This document shows, one piece after another, positions 46,641 through 55,252 of a stretch of 64,000 bases of DNA. Every line of letters starts with the position of its first letter. The first letter of the stretch is position 1. Where the stretch lies: NCBI GenBank assembly GCA_965195285.1, contig CBDAFS010000021.1, positions 1 through 64,000 on the forward strand, given 5' to 3'. The stretch is from an uncultured Aminicenantes bacterium (GTDB taxonomy: Bacteria > Acidobacteriota > Aminicenantia > UBA2199). The notes under the pieces are model-generated. The model made no database searches. It worked only from the letters and a program-made list of their open reading frames with translations, and was not told the origin of the DNA. The position numbers were made by a program, and so were the translations under genes.

Positions 46641-48080
46641 TTAAAATTTCCTCCTTAAAATAATTTTATTCATGAAAGTACCCACCGAATAGGAAACCCT
46701 CCAGTTGGAGACCATAACCCCCATGCCTTTCTTATCTATGGGAGGCGGAAGGTAAATGGAGCTTATCTTTCTTAGAATTTTCACTTTGATATTTCTTCTG
46801 GCATGGAGGGGATCGATCTTCAGGGCCGAATCATTGATTTTCTGGATGTTGATTTTCCCATCCTCCCTGACTTTCAGGCTCAAACTGATCTGACCCAGTG
46901 CTCTTATTCCCCTCGTTAATTTCAGGATTTCAATTTTTTTGATGGCCTGGTTATAGGCATTGATCATCTGGGGGGGAAGCTCAATGAGTTTTACGGTCCG
47001 CGTTTGCGGTATCTGTTGGGTTTTTGCCTTTGCTTTTTCCCGGACAACCCTCTGCTTTTCGGTTGACAACCCATCACGGACGCGGATAATTTCTTTTTCC
47101 AGTGAAATTACCTCATCTGTTGGTTTTATATTTTTGGCCTTTTTGACATTTTCCAGCGCTTTTATATAGTTTTCTTCATCAAAATAATCCCGGGCAAATT
47201 TAATATAGCGCTTGTACACATCATCAACCTTTCGGTCTCCTGCCTTCTTTTGGACTTCGGCTTTCTTGATTTCAATCCGGGCAGCCAGGGAATCAATTTG
47301 AGCATCCTTTTTTATCTCTGCAGCCAGATCCAGATACCGGGAAGCCTGGTCCAGCTGATTCTGCTCGATGGCCGATTTGGCCAGTTCAATCAAACCGGCA
47401 AACTCCCGGTTTTTTTTATCAATGTCCATGCGCTCATTTATTTTCTCTTCCAGTTTACGGACCTGATCGGATTCCTGAATTTCCTTGGCCCGGTTCAGGT
47501 TTTCCAGGGCGGTCTGAAGTTCATTCCGGTCAAAAGCCTGGTGGGCCTGTTTTAAATAAATTTGACTCTGTTCTTCCTGACTACGGGTCGCTATCTCCTT
47601 GTTCTGATCCTGTTTGATCTGTTCAATCCGGCCAATGGCATCCATTGAGTACTGACCCTGGGGATACACCTTTAAATAATTCTGAAAAGCATCAATGGTT
47701 TTAAACTCTAACACCTGGTTCCACAGAGTAACTTCCGGATTTTTCTTGTCGTTTGATTGACTCAAATATGGTATCCCGAAAATTGCTAGTAAAATTGCAG
47801 CTACAAAGATCAACAGGAACAGAAGATATTTATAAGGCCTGGCTGCCTGGCGGACTTTCGATATTTTTGATACAGACAGATCCCTTTCGTCCCTTTTAAA
47901 ATCCGGTTCCCGCTTTTCAGTTGCGGGAGTCTTTGGGAGCAGAGGGACCATTTCCCTGATATCCACCTTGGCCGATCCCTGCACTTTTGAAAATTTATAT
48001 ACCTTGTTTTCAAAACGCAACTCACCTTCAATGAGGCCTTCTTTGGCCAGAGAAATCAAAAAATGCTCTAACGGTTCCAA
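46641..48080 (-). CDS. Bitopic membrane protein with TPR-like repeats and a TonB-C-like C-terminal domain
   Basis: TM YLLFLLIFVAAILLAIFGI; helical motif AFQNYLKVYPQGQY; three TPR-like repeats; C-terminal GQISLSLKVREDGKI; paralogue of 40131-41168. Confidence 0.65.
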   Translation of the reverse strand: MEPLEHFLISLAKEGLIEGELRFENKVYKFSKVQGSAKVDIREMVPLLPKTPATEKREPDFKRDERDLSVSKISKVRQAARPYKYLLFLLIFVAAILLAIFGIPYLSQSNDKKNPEVTLWNQVLEFKTIDAFQNYLKVYPQGQYSMDAIGRIEQIKQDQNKEIATRSQEEQSQIYLKQAHQAFDRNELQTALENLNRAKEIQESDQVRKLEEKINERMDIDKKNREFAGLIELAKSAIEQNQLDQASRYLDLAAEIKKDAQIDSLAARIEIKKAEVQKKAGDRKVDDVYKRYIKFARDYFDEENYIKALENVKKAKNIKPTDEVISLEKEIIRVRDGLSTEKQRVVREKAKAKTQQIPQTRTVKLIELPPQMINAYNQAIKKIEILKLTRGIRALGQISLSLKVREDGKINIQKINDSALKIDPLHARRNIKVKILRKISSIYLPPPIDKKGMGVMVSNWRVSYSVGTFMNKIILRRKF

Positions 48081-48081
48081 C

Positions 48082-49326
48082 TTACTCTCCTTTCCGCAGG
48101 CTCCGGGTGATCAAAAAATGTGTTTTCTCTTTTGTTTCCAGTTTTTTCTTTTCTACTTGGGCCGCCTCCAAGGTATCAAAACTGCCGACTCTGACCAGAT
48201 AAATTTTATTTTTCTTGGTGGAATCGGGAGGCAATGTTTTAAAAATTTCAACCGGATATCCCCAATCGGAAAACTTCAGGGAATATGATCTGGCTGATTT
48301 ATATTCCTGGAATGAACCCACCTGAATCACGTAAACAAATCCACTGGTTTTCAGGTCCAGGGCTTCCGGTTGCTTAACCGATTCGGTATCCGGACCGGGT
48401 AGCGGATCGAATCTACCGATCAAAACCAGGAATATTAAAACAAATAGGCAAAGGGATAAAAATGCGAATATGAAAGAACCCCAGAATTTCTTTTTTAACG
48501 GGGTGGGAACACATTGTTGATTGAATATTTTATCACCGACTTCAGCCAGGATATAGGTCCCATTATCATTAAACCTTTCCTCCCTGAGGGATTTTTTCAA
48601 ATGATTCTTAATTGTTTTCTTGGGATCGGCTTCATTGATATGGCTCATGATTTCAGACTGGGTCTTAAAGGATTCCCAGATACCATCGGTGCATATAAAA
48701 ATCTTATCATTGGCCTTTAACCGCAGGGTCCTGATTCTCTTTTTTACGATGTCATGGACATTTTCCTGCCTGGGGTGTATGGAATACTCCAACTGATTTT
48801 TATTGGGGTGCTGGGTCAGTTGGTCAATGGTAATTTCCTGATTGAGAAAAAAGCCCCAGACGAAACTGTCATCATCCGATAGCAGCCACAGGGTGGCATC
48901 ATCCCGTTGTTCAATGGCTTTGGCATTATCGGTAGGCTTCTGGCCCGAACATAGAACATACAGCCGAGAATCACCAATCCAGGAGTAAGACAGCTGATAG
49001 TGATCATTTTGTTTTTCCAGCAGAGCCACCACCAGGGTACAACCCATATCTTTACCCGATTCCCTCATCCTGTCCAGTACATTCTTGATGCTGTGTTGAA
49101 TGAGATTTTCAAAATTCTGATCCTGCTTGAATCCCTCAATCAAGCTTTCTACTGTCCACCGGGAGGCCAGATCTCCGCTGGAATGTCCGCCCATTCCATC
49201 GGCCAGTACCAGCAGGGTTTTGTTGTTCTGGCTGTAAACTTCAAAATAATCCTCCTGGTAATCTCTGGGACCCTGATTCCATTCAACGATCAGGGGATAG
49301 GTGCAGCCATATCTACTCTTCCTCAT
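48082..49326 (-). CDS. PP2C-family Ser/Thr phosphatase with TM helix and C-terminal SPOR domain
   Basis: RDYQED, LADGMGGH, MGCTL, IGDSR, CTDGIWE, NDNGT; TM; YVIQVGSF...YLVRVGSFDTLEAA (SPOR). Confidence 0.9.
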   Translation of the reverse strand: MRKSRYGCTYPLIVEWNQGPRDYQEDYFEVYSQNNKTLLVLADGMGGHSSGDLASRWTVESLIEGFKQDQNFENLIQHSIKNVLDRMRESGKDMGCTLVVALLEKQNDHYQLSYSWIGDSRLYVLCSGQKPTDNAKAIEQRDDATLWLLSDDDSFVWGFFLNQEITIDQLTQHPNKNQLEYSIHPRQENVHDIVKKRIRTLRLKANDKIFICTDGIWESFKTQSEIMSHINEADPKKTIKNHLKKSLREERFNDNGTYILAEVGDKIFNQQCVPTPLKKKFWGSFIFAFLSLCLFVLIFLVLIGRFDPLPGPDTESVKQPEALDLKTSGFVYVIQVGSFQEYKSARSYSLKFSDWGYPVEIFKTLPPDSTKKNKIYLVRVGSFDTLEAAQVEKKKLETKEKTHFLITRSLRKGE

Positions 49327-50762
49327 GTTTCAACCCCTTCGGATTCGATGGTCCCTTTGAAGGACAGTTCCCCGCTCACATCCTTTTCAATATCCTTTAT
49401 GGATTTCAACAGTTTTTTAAACTCGCTGTTTTTAAAATTGAGAAAGATTGAATTTTCAGAAGCAACTGCCGTATACAACGAGGTATTTCGCATCAATGCC
49501 TTCTGGGGAGTATAGTCATTGAAAACAATTTTGGCTCCCCTGTAATCCCGGAGCTCGATCCTTTTTGATTGATCAAATTCAATGATATCCTGGGCAAAAG
49601 TTTCTCCGCCCGAGGCAAAAGGAAGGTTGACGGTAAAATAAAAATCAAAGGCCAGGGGTTTCATTTTTAATTCTTCCGGTTTGGGCGGAGGAGTAACCTT
49701 CAGGGGTGCAGTTAGCTTCTGTGAACTAATATCCAGCTCGGCAAACAATTCCGAGCGAAACTCATCGACCGACTGGTAACGGTCTTCAGGTTTTCGCTTG
49801 ACCGCCCGGCCGATAATCTCAATTAATTTGTCAGGTATATGTTTTTTGCCTTCGGTCAGTAAAAATTCTTTTTCAAAATCAAGCGCCACCAGGTGTGTAA
49901 TGTTTTCTTCACCGAACACCTTCACCCAGAACTTTCCCATCAGTATTTCAACGATAATGATTCCCAGGCTGTAAATATCAACCCGCAGATCATAGCGATA
50001 TTTATCTTCGAACCGGGCCGGGTCCAGATAGGCGGAATGACCGACAATCTTGGATGATTTTCCCGATAACGCGGTGTCATGGAGACGCTTGGATGCCCCA
50101 AAATCACCTAACACATAGGAGAGCTTCCCGCCCCGGTCAACCACAAACATGTTATCCGGACTTAGATCCCGATGGACCACATTGATGCTGTGCAAACGTG
50201 ATATGGTATTAACCATCTCCCGGATCATCTTGACTTTCTCTTCGTAGGCCATCTGGATTTTCCCTTCAAACTCAAACTTGATCAGATCATTGACCGTGCC
50301 ATCCGCCAATTCCATCATGAAGACCGGAAATTCAACTTTTTTACCGTGTGAATAAGTCTGGGCCGTTCCCTTTCTGTAAATATATAGGAAGGTGTCATCC
50401 ATGTATTTCAGTATGGTGTCAATCTCATTTTCCAGGTATTTCTGTGAAATTTCGATCTCATCCTCTTTATTGGCTTTATTATTGGAAAATATTTCATCAA
50501 AAATCAGAGGCGCCTTCATGGCATAATACTTGTTTTCAGTGGTGTCAATTACCTTGATAACCGTTCCGAATCCACCTTTTCCCAGTGGTTTAACGATGGT
50601 GTAGGCAACGCCATCCACAACGATTTCATGGGAATAAATCATATAACTGGCACTTACCGATGAACTGGGGAAAACCAGTTCCTTGAAATCCTCATTCTTA
50701 CAATACAGACATTTACTTACCTGATCGCTTAAAAGACGATTGCATTTTTTACATTGCCTCAT
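49323..50762 (-). CDS. Soluble Hanks-type Ser/Thr kinase with an N-terminal zinc ribbon
   Basis: CKKC...CLYC; LGKGGFGTV, YAMK, HRDLSPDN, DFG, DIYSLG; no TM; start reassigned to ATG 50762. Confidence 0.9.
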   Translation of the reverse strand: MRQCKKCNRLLSDQVSKCLYCKNEDFKELVFPSSSVSASYMIYSHEIVVDGVAYTIVKPLGKGGFGTVIKVIDTTENKYYAMKAPLIFDEIFSNNKANKEDEIEISQKYLENEIDTILKYMDDTFLYIYRKGTAQTYSHGKKVEFPVFMMELADGTVNDLIKFEFEGKIQMAYEEKVKMIREMVNTISRLHSINVVHRDLSPDNMFVVDRGGKLSYVLGDFGASKRLHDTALSGKSSKIVGHSAYLDPARFEDKYRYDLRVDIYSLGIIIVEILMGKFWVKVFGEENITHLVALDFEKEFLLTEGKKHIPDKLIEIIGRAVKRKPEDRYQSVDEFRSELFAELDISSQKLTAPLKVTPPPKPEELKMKPLAFDFYFTVNLPFASGGETFAQDIIEFDQSKRIELRDYRGAKIVFNDYTPQKALMRNTSLYTAVASENSIFLNFKNSEFKKLLKSIKDIEKDVSGELSFKGTIESEGVET

Positions 50763-50763
50763 G

Positions 50764-52149
50764 TCATTGACTCCCAGTTTGCATTTTACCAAAATATTTT
50801 TTTATTTGAAAGGCTGTACTTCCTAATAAAAGAAATCCATCCGAAAACAATTCTATACGGGATTTTCCCACCGGAATATTGTTTATCAAGCCGGGATTGG
50901 TAGGTAATTTTCCCCCCGCTCCTTCTGCATAATAAATTTGGGCACCCTCCTTAACCAGAGTCCCGTGAATATTCGACATCCAGTTGTCATCCATGAAGGT
51001 GATCTGGGTAAGGTCCGGGTTTCGGCCGATTTTTATCTCAAAATCCTCACCTTTCATATCGATCACCATCAGCCTGGCCTTTTCCCCCCTGAATTCGACT
51101 TTTTTTAACTCAATCGAAGCCGGTAGATCAGAGGTGTCGATATCCTGATCCGGAGTAATATAAAGGCATAGACAGCACAATTCTTCACCACAATAGGGAC
51201 AAAAATATGCGGGTGGCAGGGTTTCCTTCTGGCAGCCGGAACAGGTGATATATCCCTCCTGAAAATAGAGGTCTTGTTCTTCACCTGGCAGGGACAACGC
51301 TTTGGTACTGGTAGCCATATCCAGGTTTCCCATCAAGTCATCCAGCTGATAGCGGTTATCCGGATAGAAGATAGTGGCTTTGCTGATAAAATCCCTGAAT
51401 TTTTCCGGTATCTTTTTCAACCAGTTTTGAAAATCCTCACTGTCCCCCTTATCCAAATATTCGCGGTAGCTATTCCGGTTGAAGGGAAGACTACCATTGA
51501 ACAATTCACCTATGGTTATTCCCAGGCTGTATACATCATGGAGTTTTTTTATATATTTAATTCTTTCCTTGGCATTGTCCGGCAAAATCTCAATCAATTT
51601 CTTATTGGCTACCCGGGCAGCCTGTAATCTTTTGAACTCATCAAAAATACAGACGATTTCAGGCGGTGAGTAAAACTTGGTCCCGGCGGGAATAATTTTG
51701 CTCCTGCTATCCCACCAGCTGGCAATACCAAAATCGATCAATACCGGCCGTCCATCTTTCACCCTCAGGTTTTCAGGCTTGATATCCCGGTGAACCACCC
51801 CGATCTTGTGAAGTTGATGAATAGCCTGCGTCAACAAGTTGATGAAATGTTCATCCCTGTTTTTCTGGAAATACTCAGTGGAACTTTCGGGAATATATTC
51901 CATGACAAAGGCATTGTGTTTGAATAAAACCTCATATACTCGAATCAGGTAATCGATTTTATAATTTTTCCTCAGTTCCTCCACCCGCAACGCTTCACGG
52001 ATAAAACGCTCGGTTATTTCAGGTTCCATATTATTTCGGGAGAGCTGTTTCAGGGCAAACTGATTTCCATTGAACTCCACCAGGTAAACCACTCCGAATC
52101 CACCGGCACCGATTTCCTTGATAACCGTATATTTGTCAATTTTATTCAT
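50764..52149 (-). CDS. Soluble Hanks-type Ser/Thr kinase with zinc ribbon and C-terminal FHA domain
   Basis: IGAGGFGVV, FALK, HRDIKPEN, DFG, GTKFYSPPE, DVYSLG; CSGC..CPYCG; IKIGRN...MSNIHG...TN. Confidence 0.9.
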   Translation of the reverse strand: MNKIDKYTVIKEIGAGGFGVVYLVEFNGNQFALKQLSRNNMEPEITERFIREALRVEELRKNYKIDYLIRVYEVLFKHNAFVMEYIPESSTEYFQKNRDEHFINLLTQAIHQLHKIGVVHRDIKPENLRVKDGRPVLIDFGIASWWDSRSKIIPAGTKFYSPPEIVCIFDEFKRLQAARVANKKLIEILPDNAKERIKYIKKLHDVYSLGITIGELFNGSLPFNRNSYREYLDKGDSEDFQNWLKKIPEKFRDFISKATIFYPDNRYQLDDLMGNLDMATSTKALSLPGEEQDLYFQEGYITCSGCQKETLPPAYFCPYCGEELCCLCLYITPDQDIDTSDLPASIELKKVEFRGEKARLMVIDMKGEDFEIKIGRNPDLTQITFMDDNWMSNIHGTLVKEGAQIYYAEGAGGKLPTNPGLINNIPVGKSRIELFSDGFLLLGSTAFQIKKYFGKMQTGSQ

Positions 52150-52163
52150 TATGCTTGAAAATC

Positions 52164-54080
52164 CTAAAACCGTAAAAACGGAATCCCGGAACCCGGACCC
52201 TTTACCGCTCCGGAATGGACAACACCCACGGCTGCATAATTCCCATTGGGCAACACCTTTAACAGCAACCCTCCGTAAACTTTCATACGTACTGCAGGTT
52301 GAACCATAACCATATTCCTCGTAATTTTGATAATATTACCGACCGAGTAGGTTTTTTTTCCGGACTGAAATCCGTATACAATCACCCGATCCGATCGGGA
52401 AACAGCGTTATCGGCTTTGGGTACATAGGGAAGCAGATAATCGGGAAAGTTTTTTATTGAGGCTGCCACAATGGCATTCCCGCTGAATTCCCGTCCAAAT
52501 GATCTCCATTTGCGTCCATCAAGGACCATCAGGTTATAACGGGAGGAATTCTTCTTTAGTTGCTGATGCAGCACGGTCACGGACTGCCGCCTCTGGATCA
52601 GGCTCGAGTGATATTGCTGAAAAATCTTCCAGGAATCGGGGTAAACAAACAGATAAGTGCGGATGTTTTTTCTGGAGTTGTTTCCCATCACCATTGCCTT
52701 CTCGGTTACCAGGGAAATACGGCCTCCCCTGCCCTTTACAAAAAATCCGGATCCCGATCTTGCCCGGCTCTCACCAAAAAAGGTCAGGCAGGGGAAATAG
52801 ACAGAGATACGTTGTGAGCTCAGCTTGATATCAATTATTTTGGCCAGCCGTTTGATTTGTATACCAATTTTTGTACCTGCAGCACGTTTTTTTATCTTCT
52901 CAATTTGACTTTGGGAATTATCCGATTCTTCTCCGTTTCCAGCCCCGTAATGCTTCAATTGACTGATTCTGTTTTTCAACCGGTTTATCTCTTTCTGATT
53001 GTCCTGATTTTCCAGGCCCAATTCTCCGATTCTGTCCATTTTGCCTTTCAACTCCAGGGTGAATTCCTGGTTCTGCTTTTTAATTCCATCAATATAATCG
53101 CCCATTACCTTTTTCTGGACTCCGGTGAAAACCCACAGCAGGGGCAGGGCCAGAATAACCAGTACAATGAGAATCTTGAAGGTGGACTGGAGTCGTTTGA
53201 ATTCATCCCGGGCAATTTCTCCGGCCCTGAACATGGTTTTGGGATGGAGGACAGGATTTTTCTTGAATTGATATTCAACAATGAATTTCGGCCCTAGGCC
53301 GGATACCAGTGATAAACGTGATTGATTGGGAATTTCCTTGGGCACGGAGAAGGGTTTTCCGTCTAGAGCATATGCATAATGGCTGGAGATCGGTTCATAA
53401 ATCATAGAGTTGCCGATAACCCTGATAATTCCGTGCTGTTTGCTGACCGTATCCCATTCTGGCCCGACAGTCAAATTTGCCCAATTCCGGTCCCGCCCGA
53501 TATTGATTTCATGTTCACTGAATTCCCGGGTCTGTCCCTTTCTCCAGTCCGTATCAATATTGTCAAGCGCCTGGCATTCAATTTTCAGGGATCGAGAAAC
53601 ATTATTGATTACCTGGCTGAATGTCTGGGAAAAAGCCTTGCTTTCACTCATGGGTTTTCCGGCAAAGGTCGAATTAAAAGATTTCATGGATCCGATTTTG
53701 AATGTGGCCGCTACCAATCCCAGAAGATAAAATATGGTTGAATACATCAGTCCTGTAAAGCGGTGAAAGGATAAACCCGCCTGAATAACCGTGAATAATT
53801 CAGCTGAAATGATTGCCGTGGCCACCACCAGCAATATTCTTCTCAGGTTCAATATGGCTTTACTGGTCCGGATAAACGCCGACATCAGGATCAGCAATGA
53901 TATGACGATAATGATGGTGCCATCCAGCCGATAGAAACCGGCACAGTACCCCTTTAGGGCTGCCATTACCTGACTGTTACCCAGAGGCTGAGTCAAAAAG
54001 ACAAAAATTCCCTTTTCAATGACAGGCCAGTTTAAAAATATCCCAATACTGCCAAAAATAACAAAGAATATCGATAACAC
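52164..54080 (-). CDS. Membrane protein: multi-TM N-terminus, FHA, TM, coiled coil, degenerate trypsin-like domain
   Basis: INIGRD...VSKQHG (FHA); TM ILIVLVILALPLLWVF; coiled coil; GSGFFV...LVTEKAMV...VIVYGF...VYGGLLL...AVGVV. Confidence 0.72.
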   Translation of the reverse strand: MLSIFFVIFGSIGIFLNWPVIEKGIFVFLTQPLGNSQVMAALKGYCAGFYRLDGTIIIVISLLILMSAFIRTSKAILNLRRILLVVATAIISAELFTVIQAGLSFHRFTGLMYSTIFYLLGLVAATFKIGSMKSFNSTFAGKPMSESKAFSQTFSQVINNVSRSLKIECQALDNIDTDWRKGQTREFSEHEINIGRDRNWANLTVGPEWDTVSKQHGIIRVIGNSMIYEPISSHYAYALDGKPFSVPKEIPNQSRLSLVSGLGPKFIVEYQFKKNPVLHPKTMFRAGEIARDEFKRLQSTFKILIVLVILALPLLWVFTGVQKKVMGDYIDGIKKQNQEFTLELKGKMDRIGELGLENQDNQKEINRLKNRISQLKHYGAGNGEESDNSQSQIEKIKKRAAGTKIGIQIKRLAKIIDIKLSSQRISVYFPCLTFFGESRARSGSGFFVKGRGGRISLVTEKAMVMGNNSRKNIRTYLFVYPDSWKIFQQYHSSLIQRRQSVTVLHQQLKKNSSRYNLMVLDGRKWRSFGREFSGNAIVAASIKNFPDYLLPYVPKADNAVSRSDRVIVYGFQSGKKTYSVGNIIKITRNMVMVQPAVRMKVYGGLLLKVLPNGNYAAVGVVHSGAVKGPGSGIPFLRF

Positions 54081-55079
54081 CTAAACCTCTTTTATAACGA
54101 CATGAATTTCAAATTCACCCATTTGGTTTTCACCTACCCACCTCAGGGTATCATCGGTTTTCAAGAGAAGGGGTATTTCGTTGATCTCCTCAAATACTGG
54201 TTTATCCATCCGGGGTTCCAGTAACCATTTCCCCCCGATAAAGGGAGTGATTCGGATATGGTCTTTGGAAATTCCGCTATTCCTCAACTCTTCTTCCTCA
54301 AGTCCGAAAAGTTCAGCCACAAAGTCCCTGCCCACCGTAGTGGACTCTAATATTTCCGCAGAATCATGCTCTGATTTCAGGTTTTTTATCTTGATCCGGG
54401 GAATACCGGCTAAAAAGTGATGCACCTGCTTTTCTCCAGGTCCGCGTAAAACGGTTTTATCGGATTTCATCACAGTTTGATCTTCATTTTTCCCTCTTAA
54501 ATCACCCAGAACCTGAAATCGGACCGCACCCAGATAAAATTCCCTGCCACTTTCCACCATAAAGGTATGGGGACATTTCCTGAACAGGGTTGAACTGGAT
54601 CCGATATCTGCCTTCTTAACCAGAATCTGATGCCCATCCAGCGAGGGGTAAACAAAAAATGCATAATCCTGCCAGCAGCCATAACCGATAAAAAAAGGAG
54701 ATAATCCGTTCAATGACAGCCGGGTTTCAGTATAATCATCTGCGGGCTTGACCTTCCAATACAGGCAGAGCTGAAGACGATCGGGCTGCTCTGTTCTTCC
54801 CGGAATATCCTCGGCAACACCCTGAAGGGGATGCTTACAGATCTTGCAGAATTTGAAATCCATTGAATTTTCGGTTCCACATTTGGGGCATGCAATTAAA
54901 TCCAGGTCCTGAGATTCAGTATCCTGAGGATGGGAATGAAGGGTTTCACCCTTTTCAACCTGGGTACCGGACATTTTTTTCCCCCATTCAAAACCACAAA
55001 CCGAACAAACCGACGAATTATCCCTTACAAATGAATTACATCTGGAACATTTTTTTCCCTGCATGGTTTTTTCAGTCAT
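54081..55079 (-). CDS. Protein with two zinc ribbons and an FHA-like domain
   Basis: CSRC..CSVCG and CPKCG..CKICK; C-terminal TVGRD...ISKDH. Confidence 0.72.
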   Translation of the reverse strand: MTEKTMQGKKCSRCNSFVRDNSSVCSVCGFEWGKKMSGTQVEKGETLHSHPQDTESQDLDLIACPKCGTENSMDFKFCKICKHPLQGVAEDIPGRTEQPDRLQLCLYWKVKPADDYTETRLSLNGLSPFFIGYGCWQDYAFFVYPSLDGHQILVKKADIGSSSTLFRKCPHTFMVESGREFYLGAVRFQVLGDLRGKNEDQTVMKSDKTVLRGPGEKQVHHFLAGIPRIKIKNLKSEHDSAEILESTTVGRDFVAELFGLEEEELRNSGISKDHIRITPFIGGKWLLEPRMDKPVFEEINEIPLLLKTDDTLRWVGENQMGEFEIHVVIKEV

Positions 55080-55114
55080 GATATTGTGATTCCCTTCTCT
55101 TTATAGAAAAAATT

Positions 55115-55143
55115 ATTATAACCCAATTAAATCCGATTATCAA
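55115..55143 (-). promoter_or_regulatory. Sigma70-type promoter of the kinase/FHA operon
   Basis: TTGATA-17 nt-TATAAT on the minus strand. Confidence 0.65.
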
Positions 55144-55205
55144 TTACATCCCGGGAAGATAATCCGAATTTCTGTTCGGGGATTCAAATGATCGGTATCC
55201 AGACC

Positions 55206-55234
55206 TTGTAAAAAAAAATAAAAAAAGATAAAAT
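55206..55234 (+). promoter_or_regulatory. Divergent sigma70-type promoter for acyltransferase-ampG
   Basis: TTGTAA-17 nt-TAAAAT, then AGGAG before GTG 55253. Confidence 0.55.
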
Positions 55235-55252
55235 CCGAACACAGGAGAAAGT

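Noticed and set aside
48082-55079. Kinase/PP2C/FHA cluster as T6SS or T7SS regulation or a known anti-phage system
   Set aside because: No Tss/Hcp/VgrG, FtsK/WXG100, vWA/TerY, nuclease or Pgl/BREX genes adjacent; the partners are envelope proteins. Not excluded genome-wide.
33069-55143. The 33-55 kb block as an island integrated at tRNA-Ser
   Set aside because: The block lies on the 5' side of the tRNA; I saw no integrase, no duplicated tRNA 3' end and no obvious compositional shift.
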